DNA of 62,179 nucleotides, the filler included, from Choristocarpus tenellus KU-1152 (lineage: Eukaryota > Protista > Phaeophyceae), in NCBI GenBank assembly GCA_964200185.2. It is 11 parts of 11 records of this genome, joined end to end, with 100 filler letters (N's around TTAATTAATTAA, not from the genome) between each part and the next. Parts side by side here need not be neighbours in the genome. Positions count along the whole stretch, not along the records: positions 40,297 to 54,419 come from CAXNAD020001272.1; positions 54,520 to 58,181 come from CAXNAD020018656.1; positions 58,282 to 62,179 come from CAXNAD020017275.1; 8 more parts are not named here. One strand, given 5' to 3'. This document shows, piece by piece, positions 54,143-62,179 of the stretch. The notes beneath the pieces are model-generated. The model was not told the origin of the DNA and made no database searches. It saw only the letters and a list, made by a program, of their open reading frames with translations. Within the stretch, counting starts at the first letter, position 1. Every line of letters begins with the position of its first letter. The position numbers and the translations under genes are program-made.

Positions 54143-54237
54143 GAGTGAAAGTATCTTAGAGGGTACGACCGCGTCCAAATGGGGGTTAAAATCCAATGTT
54201 GCAATTTTGATGTAATTTTGGCTATTGTGTTTGTTAG
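54143..54237. mobile_element. MITE family A fragment
   Basis: gagtgaaagtatcttagagggtacg followed by the internal sequence of the opposite end. Confidence 0.75.
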
Positions 54238-54419
54238 TGTGCAAATTACCTTGGGAGATAATGCTATTTGTTAGTAGTGAAGATAAGAAGGTGTGAAGCC
54301 TCACACGACCCCCTTTGCTGAACGTGATTACATGGTTGAAGATTAGAAGAGAAGAGTGACCTTTGTGTGTGGTGTCTTCTCATTGCTTGTTTATTATTTA
54401 TTTGTGCTTCACATACATA

Positions 54420-54519
54420 NNNNNNNNNNNNNNNNNNNNNNNNNNNNNNNNNNNNNNNNNNNNTTAATTAATTAANNNNNNNNNNNNNNNNNNNNNNNNN
54501 NNNNNNNNNNNNNNNNNNN
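54420..54519. other. Artificial contig spacer
   Basis: N44-TTAATTAATTAA-N44. Confidence 0.98.
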
Positions 54520-54579
54520 GGCGAGCTCTGGGGGGGTGGGGGGGTCGGGGGGGGGGGGGGGGGGGTGGGGGGGGGGGGG

Positions 54580-57113
54580 GGGGAATTGGTGTAGATGGGG
54601 GGCATACCCCCATCCCGGCAGCTTCTAAGAGGTCTTCTAGGGGGAGTATGGCTGCTGGGGAGAGTGATCCAGGTGAGATGTATTTTGATTGGGGATGAGG
54701 GGGAGGGGGCTGAGGTGGTGGGACTTGGAGATGGAGTGGAGGTTGGGAGAGAGTTGAGTGGTATGTATACAGTATTGATGATTAACTGATTAATCTAGTG
54801 TAGTGTGGTAGGGTTAGGGTTAGGGTTATGGTTAGAGATGATTGAGGGCTGTTGGAACCGAAATATTATTTTTGTTTCCTGTCAGAAAAGTTTGAATTTT
54901 TATCTCCGATGGTCTGATGGTTTGCCTTGTGGTGACAATTTTGTTGATTTTTTTTTAATCTCTGTTTTGACTTGTTCAATAATGTTTTTGGTCAGGTTTG
55001 TTCCTGTAATCTGGTGGCTTATCCTTCCTGTCCCCCCTTGCTTACCATGATCTACGTAACTGTTTTTTGTTTTGAACATTTTTTTTGTATCTTACTAAGC
55101 TGGCTCTTTCTAAAAAGAAATGAACCAAAGGCACAAGAGTCACAGAACCTTTATGCCAGCTACTACAAGTACCTATTGATAGGAAAGTACTTGGATATAG
55201 ATTGATTGAATGGTTGTTATACTGCATGTGGAGAGGAAATAGAAGAAACTCATTTGGTGTTTGTTGGAAAGATAAGAAATCCTTGTTGTGTTTTATTAAT
55301 GATGATGAGTAGTTGGTACAATTTAAACCCACTTTTTTTTCTTGAACGCATTAAATTTTTTTTATTAACTTTATTAATCATCTCTTTTTTTAACCTCGCC
55401 CTTCCAATGAGTTGTGTTGGCATCTGACTCTTGTGTGAGTGACTCTTGATGTGCTTCCGATATGGTTTCTACTGCATTTTCATGCTATGGATGTAACTAC
55501 TCCTACCCAAACCCTAACCCTGGCTCTAACCCTAACCCTAACCCTAAGTTAATATATCTTGAGAGCACCACTGCTTCTAACACCCAACACCCTCTTTGTC
55601 CCTTTACTATATATATAAATTTACCAACAAATTTAATACGTTTATTTCTGTTGAATATTATTACTATTATAATTATTATTATCATTATATCTTACCTTTG
55701 CCTCTACCCTACTACCTCGCCTACTCCCCCCCCCACCCCCCCGGTTCAATTGCCATGATGGTAGGTCGAGGTCATGGTGGCTGTCGTGTCTTACACAACC
55801 AACAAAGTACCACAACACGCTTGTTTGGAAAGAGTGGTGGTGACATGGGAAGTCCTGAAGAGGGTACACCTCCCCTTGCCACACACCGAATCTTGTCAGG
55901 TGTTAAGGCTGAAGGTGAAATATAGTAACCCCACTGTACTGTGAATATAGAGTAAGATATTTCACTTGTATATGTACATATATTTATTTATATATTTATG
56001 TATGTGTTTTATGTATTTATTTATGTATTATATGTGTGTGTGTGAAGGTATTATGGTGGTGATGTACGTTGACATTCTTCAATAATGTTGAAGTTGAAGT
56101 TCTGTTTTTTTCAAGGAATATGTGAAAAAAATGTTGGAAGTTGTTGAAGAAATTACTGGAACCCTTTTTCTGTCTAGGTGATGTTTCGATTTGGTTTATT
56201 TTTGTTATTTTTGTTTTAAGATGCAATTTTACGTATATTTTAATTCAGGTTGGTGTTTGTTTTGTGTGGTAGTGTTTTTTTTTTAAAGTTCTTTTACTGC
56301 GTTTGACTCCCTCTGCCGTGTTGGAAGTGTTTTGCTATTTTTGAGAGAGGCGTTTATGTTCCCTCCACTGCAATGTCAGACTGCGGTATGAGTTATAACG
56401 ATATAACCTATGACACTAACACTAACACTAACCCTGTCATACCATTGTAGATTTCTTTTCCAGTACTGTTGCTAGTTGTACCAATCTGCTTACTCATCAC
56501 TAGTCTGTTTCAATGCCCTAGCATCCCATTAATGCTTACAAAAACTTAATTCCAACCCTAACCCTAACATATCAGGGATATTTGACGGTGAGATCATTCA
56601 ATCTTTATTCCAATCCTAACCCTAACATATCAGGGATGTTTGACGATGAGATAATTCAATCTTTATTCCAACCCTAACCCTAACATATCAGGGATGTTGA
56701 CGATGAGATGATTCAATCTTTATTCCAACCCTAACCCTAACATATCAGGGATGTTTGATGATGAGATGATTCAATCTTTATTCCAACCCTAACCCTAACA
56801 TATCAGGGATGTTTGACAGCGAGGAGCATCGATGCATGCCAAAACGCAAGCTGGAGGACCTCGTTGAAACCCCAGACTCAAGGAGCAGTGGAGGGGTCGA
56901 CCGGTTCTTTGCCTCCCCCATCACCAGCACCCGTCTCAGGAACATTGATCTCACCACGAGGTCCAGTCCCCCAGATGTAGTATCAACGCCTCTATTAAAG
57001 CGAAGGGCTATCTTCTGCGAGGGGGATGGGGGGGATACTGTCCTGGAGTCGGAGGCGGCTGCTGCAGCTGCCTCGGCATTGCTAGCGGTTCGTTCATCTG
57101 AAGGGCCTAATAG
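54580..57113 (+). CDS. Hypothetical multi-exon gene (internal exons)
   Basis: GC-rich islands in AT-rich introns, with compatible phase-1 junctions: ..54672|GT; AG|55765-55863|GT; AG|56807-57113|GT. Translation: ..AAGESDP-GRGHGG..GSPEE-GMFDSEEHRCMPKRKLEDL.. Confidence 0.5.
56549..56817 (+). repeat. 58-bp tandem repeat x~4.6 containing (CCCTAA)2 and a CAG acceptor
   Basis: Units start at 56549, 56607, 56665, 56722 and 56780. Confidence 0.92.
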
Positions 57114-57606
57114 GTACATACTATGTGTTTATGTGTGTGTGTTTGTGTGTATTTGTGTGTGTATATATTTGTGTGTTATGTGTTTATGTGTGTGTGTTTG
57201 TGTGTGTATATATTTGTGTGTTTTGTGTTTTTTTATGTGTGAGGTGGTGGTCGTGTGAAATGAATCATTCATACTAGATGGCGTGTGTTTGAAAATGTTT
57301 TTATTGTTTGTTTTGCATGTTGTACAGAACAGAAGAGTTAATTGATGGCTTTGGATGTGTACATACATATATATATATATATTATGTCTTTATGTATGTA
57401 TTTTTTGTGGAACAGTGGGGTTCTTTTTTTTTAATGACTTATCAGGTGTGATTTGTTGATTTTATTTTTGATTTTATTTTTTTGTTGATAGAGAGAGAGA
57501 GATAGAGTGATTTAGTGCTGCACACGTTGGAAAAGTTCTGAGAGAAACCCTAACCTTAAAAATACATGTTGAATACATGTTAAAATATTTGGATATACTC
57601 CTCGTT

Positions 57607-57775
57607 TTATTGATAGCTTGAGTAGTTATTGATAGCTTGAGTAGTTATTGATAGCTTGAGTAGTTATTGATAGCTTGAGTAGTTATGGATAGCTTGAGTA
57701 GTTACTGATAGCTATTGACATGATGTTGTTATTGATAGCTTGAGTAGTTATTGATAGCTATTGACATGATGTTGT
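57607..57775. repeat. 19-bp tandem repeat (ttattgatagcttgagtag) with variant units
   Basis: Read directly, ~6 units plus a duplicated variant. Confidence 0.85.
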
Positions 57776-58181
57776 TTTTCCCACCGAACCCTGTGTAGTT
57801 CATATTATTGACTGATAAAATTGGGGATTTCCTCTAGGAGTTGATGGCGTACTGAAAATATGTATAATTTTCAGTTTGCGTAGGGTTAGGGTTAGGGTTA
57901 GGGTTACTTCACAAGAGTGAATATGTTATTCTAGTGTGTCCACAGCATTGTTTTACGTGTGTACGTTTTTTTTTTAATCAAGTGATTATTGCAACTATGG
58001 TCCACTTTGTATCTATGGACGGCTACCATCTATTTCAGTTCTTTGTTAAGTCAGATTGCAAAGTGTTGTCTATTGTGCAATTGGTGTAATAGTATACCAT
58101 TGTCTCATTCCCCCCCCCCCCCCCCCCCCCCCGACCCCGCTTTGTTTTTTTTTTTTGGCGGCGGGGAGGGAGGGGGGGCGG

Positions 58182-58281
58182 NNNNNNNNNNNNNNNNNNN
58201 NNNNNNNNNNNNNNNNNNNNNNNNNTTAATTAATTAANNNNNNNNNNNNNNNNNNNNNNNNNNNNNNNNNNNNNNNNNNNN
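58182..58281. other. Artificial contig spacer
   Basis: N44-TTAATTAATTAA-N44. Confidence 0.98.
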
Positions 58282-59489
58282 TGTGTTTTTTTTAAAAGGG
58301 TCCCTTGGGGGGACCCCCCCCCCCCCCCCCCCAGATACTTTGGGTCTGAGTTACTGTGCCCATATATATAGAGCAGAAGTTTCACACGCGAGCATCATAA
58401 TAAAATCCGCGCCTCATTGATATTTGGCATGCGTTCACCGACCTCCTTGACAGGTAAAGGCATCTGCAGCCAAGCAGCGTCAGAACAGAATTGCAGCGTA
58501 TGAGTTGGGGTTGGCAAAAAATACTACAGCTTGCAAGATAGAGTTAGCTACATTGGAGGGCAAGGTCGAGGCTCTCAAGAAAACAGTAGTATCAATCGAT
58601 CCAAGTGGACCAGCAATCGGGGTAAGGTCACCAATGAAGTACCAGAGAGAAACATCGATACAAGAACTTCATGGCAAGCTTGCTGAATTCGACGGCATGT
58701 ACACCACACGGGAGATCCCACTACCATTCGTAGTGGCAGGAGTGTTCCTTATCTTTGGGTTTATTTGGTGGTTGGAAACTTGCGAGGGTGTATGATAGAC
58801 CTGGCTGGAACCTCTGTGACAACGATCCTAACTTCAGGACGCATCACAGAGGTGTCAGAGAAGACAGGTCCAACATGGATCGCTCAGGACAAACAACACT
58901 AGAAACAAAACAAATACTTCCTGGAACCAATGTATTAAAATGAAACAGACCACATCATCCTCTGGCATCCACCTCGAAAATTGCGACTCTCAACTTGAAA
59001 GATTACGTGGTCTTTACCTAGAAGAAACCGGTTGACGACTTTCTTTGATCATACTGTGGCTCTGGAACATGTATAGGTTAGCAAGTCTAGTAGTCGGTTG
59101 AAAGGACTTTGTTGCTGACTGCATACTTGTCCCAACAGGAAAGATCATCGACACCATGCTTCCAGCAAAGAGGATATGGGGTGTATTTGTGGATATTTCA
59201 GGTAAATGTTTGTGTAGTAACAATAGTGTCTGCTAGATTGGCCTTTCATAAGATAGGCATCACATTTTAATTGACATATTTACCATTTTTTTCTCTAACG
59301 GTAGGATTTTTGTAAGTATGTGAAGTCAGCATTATAATGTGTAGTGAAATTTTCACACACAAACACCAAGGAAACTCAACATGCGTACCAGCTACCTTTG
59401 TCGTTTCCTCTGCCCTTCCATCTCCCTCCCCCCCTCACCCTTGCTCTTCCACTAGCATCTACTCTTCACTATGTGCAAATGAACTTACA

Positions 59490-59668
59490 CCTCAAAGTAT
59501 CTGGGGGGGGGGTGGCGACTGTCCATTCAAGGCCTATTTTTCCTTGTCGCTTTTTTTGGGTGATTCGGTTGCATGCATCGGATGAATAATGTAAGCGGAC
59601 TTCTCCTGGTCAGGACCTGAATGAACACCGAACTGCAACCCCCCCCCTCCCCCCCAGATACTTGGGCC
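59490..59668. mobile_element. MITE family B, full length, diverged
   Basis: cctcaaagtatct-G10-tggcgactgtccatt...cccccagatacttgggcc. No clear TSD. Confidence 0.85.
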
Positions 59669-62158
59669 TGGGATGAAATATTTGGGAACCGCAACATCAC
59701 TTGTAATTGTACCCAAATATAATATGCACTCTACTAGTATTTTTCTCCCTCTTCAAAATTTTGTTGCCATGTTCTCCTAATGATAATTTTTGTAGTGGTC
59801 AAACCAATCGACTAAAAATGATATCGAATGTGGAGATTTACTTAAGTTAGAAATTAGGATAATATTCTGCACATGAAAAACTGAGAAATGATTGTGGTTG
59901 GTGAATTAAAAATCTTTCACTGTATGCAGTATGGACTCTATTGTTGTCTTGTCGTACGCCGAAGGTGTATGGAACTGCGGAAAAAGATGGACTCTTTTTT
60001 GCCTTGCATGTTGTTTTTCTTGTTCATTCTATGACAAGATCTGTAAAACGTCGGTTGGTAATTGAAGAAATGCGTAAGTAGTTTAACCTTGGCAGATGCG
60101 AGACAAATACGATGTTCGTATGTCGTTGTTGGTTTTCATATATTAGTGATAAGTGATAAGTAATGAGAAACACCTAGATTGATCTCTGTTAACTTACAGA
60201 AGATCTCTTCTACCTTGTACCATGGACAAATGTTTTTTTATTTTCGTTATATTCTAGAGTTGGGACAATCAACAACAACAACAACGATTGACTTTAATAG
60301 AAGTATGAATTTATCAAGGAGCTTTCTCAGAGGACATGTTTTTGGGGGTTCAACGTCCTATGTTGCGACACGGCACCCTGTCCTAACTCTATCGAAGAGG
60401 AGATGCTCCAATGGTCTTTTTTAGCTCTACATACACGTCCCACATCTCCATCCCACTGCCCTGATCTTGCATCATCCCAAATCTAGTAATGTCTACCCAC
60501 CCTGTCACCACCCCTCAGCCATAGAATCGTGGACACTGCATGTTCCCTGCTCCCAAGAAAACTCCAAGAAGGGCGTGTTTGAGGGAAAACGTAGGTATTG
60601 CTTCAAGCCATGTCCCGCAGAAGGATTTCACCATCACTGTGTGCGATACATTGGTTTTTGATGGTGGATCGAAACAAATATTGGATCCTGAGTCACAAGT
60701 GGTTTCGAATCCCCACAGTAAAGCATAACCACTGTACAGTACTATGCGAGAGGTAGATGTTAAAATAAACACTTATCTTCAACATTATACCCAACTCCAC
60801 CGGCAGTTCTTATGCAGTAGTATGTATACCTTACTCACCACACCAATGAACTATAAATGTCATTATTTACCCAAAATCTCAGTAGTAGTTATTGGCGGCA
60901 GGGGAAAGCATATTAATTGGTAGGACTCTCAGGCTTTGTTCCAAGAGGGGTATACATACACCTGGTCACACAAAACAATGATAGTTACAACTGTAAGAAT
61001 CCATATGTGACCTTGAAGGATTACTGGGCTGGCTTGTTGGAGCAAAACGGAGTTTGTTGGCATGAGAGGAGAGGGGGATAGGTGGAGTATTGCACACCTT
61101 GCACAACATTACACTTACTTTCGCATTATTACCTGAGTGCGAACATTCCGCTTAAATCATATGGATGCAACATTTGCTATGTATCTTTTGGACTGGAGTG
61201 CTACGACACATAACATATACTCCGGGATATATTTGTATGCGTTATGCTATGTATGTTTTGGAACTGTAGCATTTCCATACATCACATACATAGCAGTTTA
61301 ATGGACATAACATGGGGTTTAGTGTTCCTCCCCAGTACAAAATACTTGATACAGGTATTGAGATAGATATATTGCACATCTTCGATAGAATTACACCTTG
61401 ACCAATTAGTGTCAACAACGTTACCTTGCGTTTCGCTAAATGATATCTACATAAGATGTGTTGTGTGAGCTGTGTTGTGTGTTTTGGACTTGGGTACCGT
61501 ATACAACATATACGTGTCAAACATGTTTTCGTCTGGACTGTTACGGGCAAAAATTGTGCTTAGTGTTCTATTGTATGGTTCAGTACTTTATTGGGACTTG
61601 GTACAGGTACTGAGATTTTCGTATTGTACACCTTGGTCAACATCAGACTTCTCTTCATAGGACAAAGTTAAGCTTTGTATTTATTGTTAAGTACTGAGAA
61701 GAAAAATGATGTGTTGCCATACACAACGCATTTATTCCTTGTGCAGGTTTTCATCTCACCAAACATGGGCATATCTTAGCATTAAGCATTGCATTGTCCA
61801 AGTTGTGGAGTGTGGTATATGATACCTGTCGTAGGTGCCAAGGGTGGGTAGGTAACTGAATAAGGTCATCATGCAGAAGTCTGTTTGGATTAGATTTGCG
61901 ATTTCCTGTAGGTTGTCAATCGGCCCAGGAAAGTATGTTCCACACAAATTTGAATACTGTAATACAAAATGATGATTATAAGTAGTAGGGTGTTGGGAAA
62001 CTTATATTTCTTGACCCAGCCATGTAGACACATTATTAATCGACGAGCTGCCACAGCGCCCTAGCAGCAACAGGTGGAGAGGAGCAAGAGGGGCGTGTGC
62101 CTTAGTAAGTACAGGGTGGGCTGTGCTAGAGGGTCTGTGCCTGCTGTGCAGGAGATGA

Positions 62159-62179
62159 GGGTCAAAGTATCTGGAGGGG
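62159..62179. mobile_element. MITE family B/C terminus at window end (similar stubs at 33796-33817 and 58315-58346)
   Basis: gggtcaaagtatctggagggg. Confidence 0.65.

Noticed and set aside
56549-56817. CRISPR array
   Set aside because: Units are near-identical along their whole length, with no unique spacers.
57881-57906. True chromosome telomere
   Set aside because: Only ~4 units, internal to the contig. The same applies to the other TTAGGG runs.

Overview
This is eukaryotic, not prokaryotic, DNA. Eleven short assembly contigs are concatenated with artificial 100-nt spacers (N44-TTAATTAATTAA-N44), so adjacency across spacers has no biological meaning. Contigs: 1-4799, 4900-7687, 7788-16321, 16422-22886, 22987-30987, 31088-33695, 33796-37081, 37182-40196, 40297-54419, 54520-58181, 58282-62179. 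Recognisable spliced genes (GT-AG introns, all partial) are NDUFAF7/MidA, a USP47-like deubiquitinase and SF3B2. There is also an intronless ankyrin-repeat gene with a C-terminal F-box-like motif and two hypothetical exon sets. Most of the rest is repeat-derived: decayed Ty1/copia elements (one with an LTR and a duplicated half-tRNA-iMet PBS), an RTE-like LINE 3' fragment and minisatellites. About 30 copies or fragments of four MITE families share the terminus GAGTCAAAGTA(TCT), with mostly 4-bp TSDs (Sola2-like by structure). Short TTAGGG/CCCTAA runs are scattered through introns. The most notable items are the MITE clan, an unannotated decayed coding module on three contigs with nearby CGCGCG-TATATA motifs and a ~180-bp palindrome, a 58-bp array that multiplies a CCCTAAC branch point plus acceptor, and the ANK/F-box-like gene. 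The host resembles a stramenopile or brown-alga relative; this is inference only.
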